Below are positions 24,487 to 36,316 of a DNA stretch of 64,000 nucleotides, in pieces. Every line of letters starts with the position of its first letter. The stretch's first letter is position 1. This stretch comes from Gordius albopunctatus. Taxonomy: Eukaryota. A model generated the notes under the pieces. The model saw only the letters and a list, made by a program, of their open reading frames with translations. It was not told the DNA's origin and did not search any database. The translations under genes were made by a program, and so were the position numbers. The DNA lies in the NCBI GenBank assembly GCA_964276515.1, contig OZ193909.1, forward strand, positions 14,446,001 to 14,510,000, in the 5' to 3' direction.

Positions 24487-26902
24487 CCCGACAAGTACCA
24501 CTAACGGTTCGGCCGAACCAATTTTTATAAAAAATTTTTGGGGCATCTCAATATGCTATAGCTAGATGACTAAACAATTCGAAAATTAGGGAAAAATTGC
24601 CCAGTTCTGGAAACAAAGGGGTGTCACCTAAAGGTTACACTGGGAGGCATAAAAATAGGCTAATTTTAAAATTTTATTAAATAACTAAGATAAGTGGGAA
24701 AAGTTAGTTAATTATATTGGAATGATGATCAACAATAAATTTGAGGTCGGATATTTCAATATGGGCATAAAATTCTGGTTGCTTAGCTGCATACAGAGCA
24801 GAGCCGCTGAGTTCACTTTCTTCGTTGATAACCGTCTATCGCGTCTCTTACCTTGAAAAAGCTAAGATTTTCAGTTGACTTAGGAAGTCGGCCGTATTTC
24901 TCATAATAATTTGGACAATTCATTTTTAAAAACTGCAGAGTTTAATGATTTTGTTTAGACAATAGAGCTGGCAGGCATGGGCATAGTCAGGATTGGAATT
25001 AGAGAGGGGCAATAATGATTTAGGGACGGCATGATCATTTTTTGAAATTTCAGCCATAATTTTAATAAATTTAAACAAATTTTTTGATTCAGAAGGGGGC
25101 AGCCGCCCCTCTTTGCCCTACGCCCATGCTGGCAGGCATTATTAATGGGACCAATTTCTGCCCCGAAAAGATATTTTGTGGCATCAACATTTAATCAGAG
25201 AATTTTAAACCGCCAATAAACTTATTAAATAACTTTGGGCATTGAAAAGTATTTTCCTGGACTTTTAAAGAGGTGTGATTCTACTACAGGTAATAGGTTT
25301 AACAACTAAAAAGCCTCGTTATGATTATCGTGCCTACGTACTGCCATGACGTTAGAAATATTCCTTTGCGGAATAAATACTTTTTTAGGGATTTTATAAC
25401 TATCAATAGACATTTGAGACGATTTAGACGCACTGTCTTCGTAACTCCAATATTCACTTTTGAAAGACAATTTAATAATTAAGCGATTATAAAGGTATTT
25501 TTAGAATATACAGTAAAAGAGACAATATTGAAAGGCAGCTAAGTCATTTATGACAGCTCCCTAATCCTCTTTCATTTTACTTGACAACATTAGCGTGGCC
25601 TCTTGGTACTGTTCCAAGGTAACAAGATAGCCGGTTTTAGGGGCCTAACATTATATCTTAAAGCGAAATCGAAAAGGCTTACCTTTAATAAATTTCTTTG
25701 TTGTATGATTTCAATAAAAGGCACAATGGATTTGTTCATTTAAATGGGTTACACTATTTAATTGAACCTATCATTTAAAATAACCAGAAAATCTCAAACC
25801 TTGAAAAATTTGTGTGTTTTTAGAGTTGATGTCTTGAAAGTGAAACCGATTTCTACGCATACCATTGGATATTATTTAATTGAAGAATAGGACTTCTTAA
25901 TTTATCAAAACATTTAGACATTTTGAGAGACTAATACCAGTTAAAAAAATTATATAAATTTCAAATTCTCTATCGTTAATTTTAAATTATTGATGTATTT
26001 TTTGCTTATAAATTAAAGATATAAAGCAAAATAATCAAACTTTTATATTGGGTTGGGTTGGGTTGGGAGTAACGACAAATTCTATTTTCGATCTCTATTA
26101 ACTTTTTATAAGGGCGGCCTTATTGCTTCAAACCTGAAAATGGGACTAAATTTAAAAAGTCCACCATCTACGATTAAAATCATGGGTAAATTTTGTAAAA
26201 GTATTATAAAATCAGAATAAATTATAGAAATGTAGACCTCTATCTAAGACCGCTTTAAAATTATCAAATGTAAGTAGTTTTAACCGTATTTGGCATATTA
26301 GGAGGTTCAATTTTATCTATAGATATCATGTATCCACCATTTTTCCTATCAAAAAATCATAGAAAATCGAAAATATTAACCCAAAATTTTTGATATTTGT
26401 GAGTATTCTACCCCCACCCCCTTTATACTATGTACTTGTGTAAAGAAAAATAAAAAAAATCATTAATGGATTCATAGTCTTATAATTAAGTCATTAAAAA
26501 GTTGCGCTAGGCACATAAGCTCTGCCCAGTGTAACTTTTAGGTGACGTTCAGGTTTAAGACAAATTTTAAAGGCTTTAAAATACGCATATAAGTTTTAAA
26601 TTGCTATCAAAATGTTGGAAAAATTATACAGATTTTAAATATGTAAATTAAGTTGCAAAAACTTATTGTTGAGTGTACATAAATATTAAATATAAGAAGG
26701 CAGGTCGAAACTGCGATTTTTACTATTTTTTAACGAGTATAATTCAAGAACCAATGAAGAAAAAGTTATAAAATTGTATCAGATGATTTATCCCAATTCA
26801 ATCTTTCAAATTTAATTTAGAAAATGTTTTTATCTTCAGTGGTTTTTGAGAAAAGTGGCTCTAAAGTTGCGTCACCTAAAGGTTACACCGGTACCTGTCG
26901 GG
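24487..26902. mobile_element. Non-autonomous TIR element with CCC...GGG termini flanked by ATAT
   Basis: TIR CCCGACA(A/G)GTACC; ATAT at 24483-24486 and 26903-26906. Internal motif GTCACCTAAAGGTTACAC at about 24623 and 26870, with an inverted variant at about 26530. No ORF. Sits inside a GGCCCGGCCC-rich remnant (about 24280-27070). Confidence 0.75.
24976..25128. mobile_element. hAT-type MITE, CATGGGC family, nested in 24487-26902
   Basis: CATGGGCATAG...CTACGCCCATG; perfect 8-bp TSD CTGGCAGG (24968-24975, 25129-25136). Confidence 0.88.
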
Positions 26903-27732
26903 ATATAAAATTTTAAAAATTAATATTTCCGGCCGAGCTATGATTCGGGCATGGCTGGGTAGAACTTGGAAGAGTTCAAGAGGGTCCGAGCTTGCAATTT
27001 ATTTATAAACTTGGGCCGGGCCTGTTTTGGGAAGCAAAATTTAAACGAATCTGAGCTCTCATGGGCACATTACAATATTGTAAGAGCCCGCAACAGGCGA
27101 AATAACAAGATAAATGTCTCAATTAGCATTTTTATAAGTCCACAGCCATTAAAAACCCTTATAAGCTTCTACGGCAATTATGCAAAAATTACAAGTTGGA
27201 CACGACACTCAGTCACTCACGACACTCAAGACAACGAAAAGCGAGCCCATAAATTGCATAGCAATTCATTTATAATCAAAAGATACGTATTGGTCAATGG
27301 ATAAAGTTATATCTTGATGGTAACGAATGAAATAAATTAATACCCGAGATGATAAGAGCTGTGATAACAAATAACACAGCATACAAAGCCTTGTTTGTTT
27401 AGTTGCCTTATGGAAGATATTTGAAGAAGGATCGCGATTTTGGTAGTCGCAATGTTAATTACGGTATTTATGATTTCTTATTATTATATCATTTATTTGA
27501 ACATTTTCTAGGATGTCAATTTCTTCATTTAATTTACATAATTACTAATTATTTGAGAAAAACTAAAACTAATCGACCTAAGCTAAATTGTCAAAATCGA
27601 TTCTAACTATTTAAAAAATATACTAACATATTGATTATGCAGTATCGCAATATATTACATATTAGAGCTAAGAGATCTTTATGTGCATGCTAACTTCCAG
27701 CCGCCAATGATGCCGTTATATGCAATCATAGT

Positions 27733-30700
27733 CTTCTTCTTCTTTATCAGTTATTTGGTCCCACATTGGTGGGGTTTGTTTTGATGAGTCTCTTCCATCT
27801 TGACCGGGTTAGTGTCATGTCTTGACGAATCTCTTTAGTTTCCATAACTTTATCGACTTGCTTTTTCCACATGACACGGGGTCGTCCTCTTCCTCTCTTC
27901 CCCGGTATTTTCATGTCTAGTACTTTTCGATTTACGTCATCCGTGTTCCTTCTTAGTATATGCCCATACCACCTTAGCCGATTTTCGTTAATCATGTCCG
28001 CCATAGGTTGAATACCCATTTTTGTCATGAGAAATTCATTCGTCATATGGTCGAGCTTAGTATACCCCAAGCTCCACCGTATCATTCTCATCTCCGTGGC
28101 TTGTAATAGCTTTCCTTCCATGGTGTTTAATGCCCGTGTTTCACTTCCATAGAGTAACACCAGTCTTACGATGGATTTGTAAGCTTTGCTCTTCAACCAT
28201 ATTGTCATTTTCTTGTCGCACATCACACCGGATATACTTCGCCATTTAAGCCATCCTTTTTGAATCCGGGCATTGATTTCAGTTGCGCAACCTCCCTCTT
28301 GATGTAGCATAGAACCGAGGTAATTAAACCTGTCTACTTTTGGGTACTTTAGGTGGTCATCCAGCGATGGGGTGCTTGTACCGTTCATTTCCGTGTATAC
28401 CGTCTTTCGATCGTTGACCTTTAAACCATATCCAGCTAAGCGCTTTGAGTTGTTTTCTGCTTCTTCGAATACCTTCTCCCTTGTTTCCTCGCATAGTACT
28501 ATATCATCGGCATATAGCATACACCATGGCGATGGATTTTGAAAGTCCCTCGTTATCGTGTCTATAATTATATTAAATAAAAAGGGACTTAAAGCAGAGC
28601 CTTGATGTAATCCAATATTAACCCGAAAAGGTTTAGAGTCTCCAACTGTCGTCCTAACGCAAGGGTTTGAGGCTTCATAGATATTTTTCATAAGCCGTAT
28701 ATATGCGTCAGGGATATTTTGTTTCCTCAGGCACCACCATATTAAATCGCGGGGACCGTGTCATAAGCTTTCTCTAAGTCGATAAAAACCATATGTAGGT
28801 CTTTCCTCTTTTCACCATACTTATCCATCATTTGTCTTAGGGCGAAGATTGGGTCGATTGTGGATTTGCCGGCCACGAATCCGAATTGATTAGCCGATAT
28901 TTCCACCTCGTTTTTCAGCCTTGTTACTAAGATCCTTTCCAAAAGCTTCAAGGAGTGGCAAGTTAGCTTGATACCTCTGTAATTGCCGCAGTCCTGAGGG
29001 TATCCTTTCCCTTTGAATAAGAGTATAATCGTGCTTGCTCTCCATTGATTAGGGATTCGCTCTTCTACCAATATCTTGTTAAGGAGGTTCGTCATGGTGG
29101 TGACTCCTTCTTCACGACATCCGAGCAATGCTTCCATAGGTATTCCATCTGGGCCATTTGCTTTTCCTTTTTGCATCTTGTTAATTTGTGTCCTAACTTC
29201 ATCCTTCTGAAAGAGTTCGACCATACTTATATTTGGCTCGATTTCGGGAAGGTAATCCTTGTCATTTGAAATATTAATAAGTTTCTTAAAATATCCTTTC
29301 CACATTTCCATCACTTCCTTCGGCTTGAATAAGGTTTGACCCTTCTCGCTTTTGACTATTTTAAGAACTCCGACACCTCGACTTTTCTTCTCCCTTATCT
29401 TGGCCAATTTGTACATAAGCCTATCGCCCCCTTTATGATCCAGTTTGTTTGCCATCTCGGTGTACGCAGCATTCTTCGCTTTTGCAACGGCCTTTTTTGC
29501 GGCCCTCTTTGCGTCCCTGTACTCTTGATAATCCTCCGACTTTTTGATTTATGCCACCGTCTATATAGATTTTTCTTTATTTCGATGAAATCTTTAACCG
29601 ATTGATCCCACCACCATAGTTCCCTATTCATAGCTTTGCCTCCTTTGGTCTGTCCTAGAACACGAATCGATGTTTCCTTAATGTCCTTAGATAGCGTTTC
29701 CCAATCGTCGTCTACGTCCCTTTGCAACTTCCTTGCACCCAAGAGTGAGGAGGCTTTTTGATGGTATTCTTCGTTCGTCGACGTATTCTTTAGCCTTTCG
29801 TATCGAATTCGAGGTTCATATACCTTTCTTCTTTCGGGAAATACTCTTCTGTCAAGATCCATAACAAGGGGACGATGTTGCCTGGCGATTTCTTCTCCCG
29901 GTATTACTTTGCAATCTTTGATACTCCATAAGTCCTTTCGCCGTATAAGCAAATAGTCGATTTGACTAAAATGCTTCCCACTTCTATAGGTCACAATATG
30001 ATCGTCGCGCTTTTGAAAATAGGTGTTAACGATCGCCATGTCATATGCTTGGGATACTTGGAGAAGTTTTTCCCCTTCTTTGTTCTTCAGACCACGCCCA
30101 TAGCCTCCATGATTGCGTTCATACCCGAGGCGATCTTTCCCTACGTGAGTGTTGAAACCGGCTACAATAATTAGCCTTTCTTCCTGTCGGATTCCTTGTA
30201 TTTCCTTTTCCAATGATTCGAAGAATGTGTCTTTCTCTGATTCCGAACACCCAATTCGGGGAGCATACGCGCACATAACGGTTAGGAGGCCACCTCGATC
30301 CACAATCTTCACCCACATTAGCCTGTCGGAACAACGTTTGACTTCCACCACCTTGTCCTTGAACGATTCGCTTAGAACGATACCGACCCCGTTTCTACGA
30401 TTTGGTGACCCACTGTAGAAAAGCTTGTATCCTTCTCCTAATTCCCGAGCTTTCGTTCCGTTCCACCTCGTCTCTTGTAGGCAGGCGATGTGTACCTTTC
30501 TTCTTTTTAACATCTGTGCCACCTCGATGCTCTTCCCCGTCAACGTTCCCACGTTCCAGCACGTAATTCGCATTCTTTCCACAACTAGTTTCCTTAACCG
30601 CCTTCGTTGTGTGTTGGGCAGTAACCCTAGTGTATTTTTCACATTGCATGGGCGGGGTATGCAGTGCCCGTCGTTTGTGGAGGACGCCCTAGCCTTTTCT

Positions 30701-30791
30701 TGTAAAATCTCGTTTGATTTTTATAGCCGGTTTCCGACCTGACGCCAACCCTCCACATTTTGCACACGGACTTGGGACCGTCGTAGGTAGT
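27733..30791 (-). mobile_element. Near full-length RTE-clade LINE (APE endonuclease plus RT), disrupted
   Basis: APE motifs WNVGTL, CLQETRW, SQIDYLL, QHRPLV; RT motifs NYRGIKL, FIDLEKAYD, GLHQGSALSP, YADD; RLRWYGH. (GAA)n tail; perfect 18-bp TSD GTTATATGCAATCATAGT (27715-27732, 30792-30809). Frameshift near 29500 and stop at 28742. Confidence 0.95.
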
Positions 30792-30921
30792 GTTATATGC
30801 AATCATAGTGTTTGATCTAATTTGTCTGCGTATTTAATTCTAGTAGGATTAATTTAAAAAATGAGGTATTTTAATCCTTAAATCTGCATTGGTGAAGACC
30901 AAATAATTTTAGAAGGTTATA

Positions 30922-32063
30922 CTTATAATATAATCTTATGTGTGTATATATGCCGCCAGAAATTTTGGAAAACTACCAGACCGATTTGGCTCAAAATTTC
31001 ACAGTTTATACCTGACACTCCGGAGCATGTTGTAAGATTTGTTCGAGCCAAATCGGTCCAGTAGTCTTCGAGTATTCGTAGTAGTGATGGTGAAACGCTT
31101 AGAACCAGCACTTGTAGCGCCTCCCATATACATAGCATAGTCACTTGGAGGTGCTACACCTATAGCACATAGCTACACGGAGGCGCTACAGTTATAGCAC
31201 ATAGTCACACGAGGGCGTTAGAGCTGTAGGAGATAGGAACACTAGGGCGCTAGAACTGTAGGAGATAGTCACACGAGGACGCTAGAGCTGTAGGAGATGG
31301 GAACACGAGGGCGCTAGAGCTGTAGGAGATAGTCACATAAGGTGCTAGAGCTATAGCGTGGCGCTATCATTGTTATGATTCTTAATTGTTAAGTAGCATA
31401 ATTATATTAACTCCGTATAACACTCCATCTCACTTTTTTAATACAATATTTTTATTCAATCCCCCCCTCTCACTTGCAAAGATTGCGCTTAAAACTAACG
31501 AACTTCTAAAAAGTGAAACTTAATTTACAAGGCATTAATATTAGCTTTCTAGTTTGCTTGATTTATTTTAAAGGGTTTATTTCTGTTTATTTATATGCCT
31601 GCGTCTTTCATACTTAATAATTTAGGTCACTTATTGATAGCCCTGAGCTTATTAATTAAATTCGCCATAAACTTAGTTCAAACCACATGTGCGCATAAGC
31701 TAATTAACAATAACAATTCATAACAATGATAGCGTCACGCTAGAGCTCTAGCACCTTATGTGACTATCTCCTACAGCTCTAGCGCCCTATAACTGTAGCA
31801 CCTCCACGCGACTATATGCTATAACTGTAGCACCTCCGCGTGACTATGTGCTATAGCTTTAGCGCCTATCAAACGCTATTTCACCATCACTAATTCGTAC
31901 GCGTTGCACTGTATACGGAAATAGAACAATGGAAGTAGAACATATAGACATCAAACTTTATTTTTACTTCAATAACCGCTTTATTATCATATATGCCCTA
32001 AAATTCCAACATGATTAATATACCCGGGTAAATGACAAAACAACGTTTACCGGGTTCATCTAG
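30922..32063 (+). mobile_element. Non-autonomous Helitron-like element interrupted by a MITE
   Basis: 3' hairpin CCCGGGTAAA...TTTACCGGG followed by CTAG|T (32060-32064); sister copy at 22165-22460. Confidence 0.75.
31082..31892. mobile_element. hAT-type MITE with long modular inverted arms
   Basis: TIR TAGTGATGGTGAAA/TTTCACCATCACTA; inverted arrays of ~30-bp units (GGCGCTAGAGCTGTAGGAGATAGTCACAC); TSD ATTCGTAG/ATTCGTAC (7/8). The empty site is visible in the sister Helitron at about 22295. Confidence 0.9.
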
Positions 32064-33643
32064 TATGTAATAAATGTGAAAATATAAATGAAGAAGTTTG
32101 CGACAAATTTTATCTCGTGATTTTCACTACAACGTTGACATTAATCAGATCTTTAATGGACTACCTAAAATGTGTTTCCAGGGATAATTATTCTTAATCG
32201 AGTTGTAAATACTCATTTGAGGTACGAAGGAGAATTGTTAGTAACCGTGTTCAATTCAGGTAAGCATAGTAATGCAATGTATTAGTGATTAACGATATTA
32301 AAATTCCTATAAAATTAAATAAAATATGATTAAAATTATAACAAAATCATCATTGCACAAGACAAAAATATAATTATGTTCGATGGGTAACGAGGACTAT
32401 AACTTAATATAATAGCCTGGTTTTAAGTCAAAAAAATTGCAACTCCTTAATTGATTTATACAAATACTATGTTAGAATCAATCGGAATTATCATTGTCAC
32501 AATAATTATTATTGATCGTTACAGCCTCCCAATATCATAGATAATCCAAATATATTATTTACTGTCTAAATGTGAGCAATATTAATTCTATAGTTATTTA
32601 TAAAATTATTTTATTATGAAACATTAAAGGTTAAAATGCTTCTCTAATTGTAATGATCAGAGATTATAGTGATTTTGCTATCTGGTGTAGTAAGACATTT
32701 ATGATGGTTACATATATTTTATATTACAATCTTAGACAAATATGGTTTAAAAAGTTAACTTAGACGTTCGTCGCAGATAAAATAGCTCGAGTTTAACTTA
32801 AAATCACTTGTTGGTGTTTTTTGACGACCTTGGAAAAATAAAGCTATTTGAGCAACAGAATATGTTTTTTAATTGAATTTTGGCCATTTTTAGCTGTAGG
32901 TTAACTACACCATAAGCTTTATACGGTCTTGTTTAGATCATTTCAGTAGTAAGAGAATGTTACGACACGTGCTATCTATTCTGTAAGAATTTTACAGGCT
33001 AAGTAAGGGGGTTGTAAATATTAAAACGCTTTTAAATTTGATAGCCATTTAAACCATTTTTACAAAATTATTTGCATTTAATGATCTCCAATACAATTGT
33101 TATCCATATGTGATGCGGAAAATTTACGCGAATTCTCGGTATTTTAAAAATTAAATTGAGATGGAGACGAGAATTTCAACCTCGAGATAATACGAGATTT
33201 TAGTATAGAGATGTCGACTTAGCATTTTTTTATTGACCATCCTTAGAGCTGTTAAATAACTAGTTACACTAGTTCCTGGAACTAGTTCCTTTTCTTCCGA
33301 AAAGTAACTGATAAGTAACTGTAATCAGTTACTTTTATTTCAGAGGAACTGTAACTGTATTTAGTTAAATTAATTCCGTAACTATTCAACTGAAGTTACA
33401 GTTACTTTTTATAGAATTTGAAAATCATTAATTTAACTGGTTTTTGTTCATCGCTTTGAATTTAAATTTCCTTCGCGGATTAAATTTAAATATTTTCGTA
33501 AAAAAGAATAAATTTGTAAATTTCGCTAAATTTACATCTAAATTTTAATTATTAAGACATTTGATATTACTTATGATATAATATTGATGAAGGTTTTTGA
33601 ATTATTTATATTTTTCAACTATACAGCTTGTATTATTTTAATA

Positions 33644-33843
33644 AAAAATTTCCAATAACTGTTTGTCACACTAAGGTGGTAAGCTTCTTTAGATATTTGG
33701 ATAAGGGGTGATGCTCGGCTATCCAGACGTGGCAGCCTTGGTGACGATGTTATTTTTAATCATTTTTGAAATAATTGCCAGAGGCGGGATTGAACCCGCG
33801 AGCTCTTGCTTCAAATACTAAACCTCTACCCACTACGCCCCTT
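33644..33843 (-). mobile_element. tRNA-derived SINE
   Basis: Minus-strand head with A box GGCGTAGTGG and B box GGTTCAATCCC, then a ~130-nt unrelated body; perfect 19-bp TSD AGCTTGTATTATTTTAATA (33625-33643, 33844-33862). Confidence 0.85.
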
Positions 33844-34163
33844 AGCTTGTATTATTTTAATATGACATGGAAATTGAAAACAAAACACCTTGGCCATTCT
33901 TTGATAATCACTTTTCTTTAAACGAAGAAGAAACCAAGAAGATGATATTTGTTTGCAAATTGTGCAACCATAAACCCCGGTCATAATACACGATTCAACT
34001 TCAAAAAGCCATATTTTTTGTCCAAATATGCGCTTACATGTCGTGGAATTAACAATTTTAGTTTAGTTGCTATGTGAATATGCATTAGTAAGCGTAATTA
34101 AAGGATAAATATTTGTTTTATACACATAAATGTCATATGTCTGTCATATATGTCGTATATATC

Positions 34164-34436
34164 TGTGGTTTGGAAAAATATGCGTTGAATACAAAGGAAA
34201 TCTAAGAAAGACGAGTAACGTAAAGCGGGCAAAGGAGAATAACAACTGGCGGGGATAATAACAACTGGCGCAGGGCACATAGAAAGAGAGATGGTCAGAA
34301 ACAAAGGAGCTAATAAATTCATTAATTAATTTTCCTGGGAATAAATCGATTTTGTCATGATAATAATTTTTGACGTGGAATAAAACACATATATAAAAAC
34401 TTGGAATAAATCACATATTCAATAATAAATATAGCA
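34164..34436 (+). mobile_element. Solo/relic LTR related to 48991-49429
   Basis: Shares AAAGGAAATCTAAGAA, GCAAAGGAGAATAACAACTGGCG and ACTTGGAATAAA blocks; boundaries approximate and no TSD seen. Confidence 0.6.
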
Positions 34437-34969
34437 AAAATTTAAAAAATGGCGTGACGCTCGTATAAAGACGCTGACTTACATATCAGCTTCTATATAA
34501 CAGGACCTAGTTGAATATACCAGGTTAATTTTTTTTACCTTAAGCTGAAAAGGATCCAGGAGTGCATTTACACTTTTATTATTACCAATAATATTGATGG
34601 ATCTTTAAAAATATATGATACTTTTCTTAAATTGAAGTTTTTTTAAATTCAATATACCTCTACCATACAGCGCCTACGCCGAGCGCCTATTTAGTATTAG
34701 TAAACTAATATTTAGTGAAACGGACAAGCCTATGAGACGACAATATAGAATATATTTTTTTATTGAAAACTAATCACCATATATTACTCTGTGATTTTTA
34801 TTCTAAAATGGGAATAAATTATATTTAAATGAAGATGTTTTTTTAAAATTTATCCAAGCAACTTTCAATGTAGATAGTTCCATCAGGTAAGTAAGTAGAA
34901 CTGTATTCAGTTACTTTTGAAAAAATGTAACTGTAACTTTAATGAGTTATATTTGAGGTTTATTATAAA

Positions 34970-35258
34970 CCTTTCTTCTTTCGGGAAATACATTTCTATC
35001 AAGATCCATAACAAGGGGGCGATGTTGCCTGGCGATTTCTTTCCCCGGTATTACTTTGCAATCATTAATACTCCAGTCCTATCGCCGTATAAACAGATAG
35101 TAAATTTTAATAAAATTCTTCCCACCTTCCGCAGGCGGGGAGTGCAGTGCGCGTCGTTTGTGAAGGACGTCCTTGCTTCTGTTGTAGAGTTTTGTTTGAA
35201 ACTATCATGATTTTGAGTTTTTACATCCGGTTTTTGAACTGACGCCAACCCTCCTCCA
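34970..35258 (-). mobile_element. RTE LINE fragments (endonuclease end plus 5' region)
   Basis: Matches 29825-29960 (TCAAGATCCATAACAAGGGG..GATGTTGCCTGGCGATTTCTT) and 30650-30755 (CTGACGCCAACCCTCC). Confidence 0.8.
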
Positions 35259-35714
35259 TAGTTGAAACCGTTGGACCTTCGGATTTCGAAAATTAGCATG
35301 AATTCGATTTAATTTCGTCGAATAATAAAATGAAGATTCGAATGCGAAAAATAATTTATAAATTTGAAAACAATTCGAATATATAACAAGTTTTTAATTC
35401 CTAAAAAATCCAATTTTAAAAATGCGCTTAAATTTTAATATTTTTTATAAAATTTAGGATCAATTATAGCGGGACAAATAATCTAATTGCTGTACGATAA
35501 AAACAGCTGTGCCACATATATTTTATTAAAATAACTTTTGTAGTGAAATAATTTTTCGTAAATACTCAGTAATGTTAATCCATCCACTTTCTATTTTTTG
35601 TTTTCTTTGACGATGTCACTAGAATTTTAGGGATGCCTTATTCAATCCTTTGTATACGAACATACCCAACTTTTAAATACACCTGTGATAACTTATTAGG
35701 GTGGGCCCCCTTAA

Positions 35715-35875
35715 CTCCTGAGGATACAACAGGCCAGTGGTTATTTTTTCCAATGGTCAGCAGACGGCCAAATAGATAGCCTATACTTATAATATAGAAA
35801 AAAATCGATTTTAATCTCACTTTGGCCAGTGGTCATATTTTCAAATGGTCAACAGACGGCTAAATAGCTAGCCAA
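35715..35875. repeat. Inverted partial copy of the ATGACCA(T/C)TGGCC repeat family
   Basis: GGCCAGTGGT(T/C)ATTTTT..ATGGTCA(G/A)CAGACGGC occurs twice. Confidence 0.7.
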
Positions 35876-36316
35876 TTAAACATGATTTATGATTAGTGTA
35901 AAAATAGTTTACCATGTTTTTAATATAACGCTTTTATGAGTATTAAACAAAAAAATAAAATATGTTTAAAATATTTTTATCCTAGCTGATTTATGCTCAA
36001 TATCTATTCGTTAATATTAAATTGAATCCTGTTTCCATGCTAAGAGGTTTTATAGTGATTAATATTATGTTACCTGAACATGTTTTAACCAGCCTCTTAG
36101 TTATTGCTGGAGTAGTTGAAGTTCCCAAAATCTTTTGTTCGTTAAATAATTGTATAATGAATTATAACTATTTATTAATGATAAAACAACTAAGACATAA
36201 TTTTACATAAGTACAATGATGGGGTTTTATTACATTTTGATCAAAAATAATTAATAAAATAAATGAAGAAAGAGATATGTTAAAAAAGCGTATATCGTAA
36301 ATATCCTAAATTGAAA

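Larger units (their letters stand above)
33244..34950 (+). mobile_element. Decayed hAT element with BED-finger N-terminal remnant and nested insertions
   Basis: TAGAGCTGTTAA start; GTAACTGTAAC subterminal repeats at both ends; MEIENKTPWPFFDNHF...FVCKLC from about 33868. Right terminus not found. Confidence 0.55.

Noticed and set aside
29045..30742. Plus-strand ORFs over the RTE, and similar antisense ORFs over other elements
   Set aside because: Shadow ORFs opposite recognisable transposon coding sequence, with no motifs.
30640..30791. HDV-like ribozyme in the RTE 5' region
   Set aside because: Such ribozymes are known from some RTE elements, but I could not build the nested double pseudoknot here and part of the region appears to be coding; a covariance-model search would be needed.
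33775..33843. tRNA gene
   Set aside because: Has A and B boxes but no convincing acceptor stem, and is embedded in a 200-bp unit with a 19-bp TSD; it is a SINE head.
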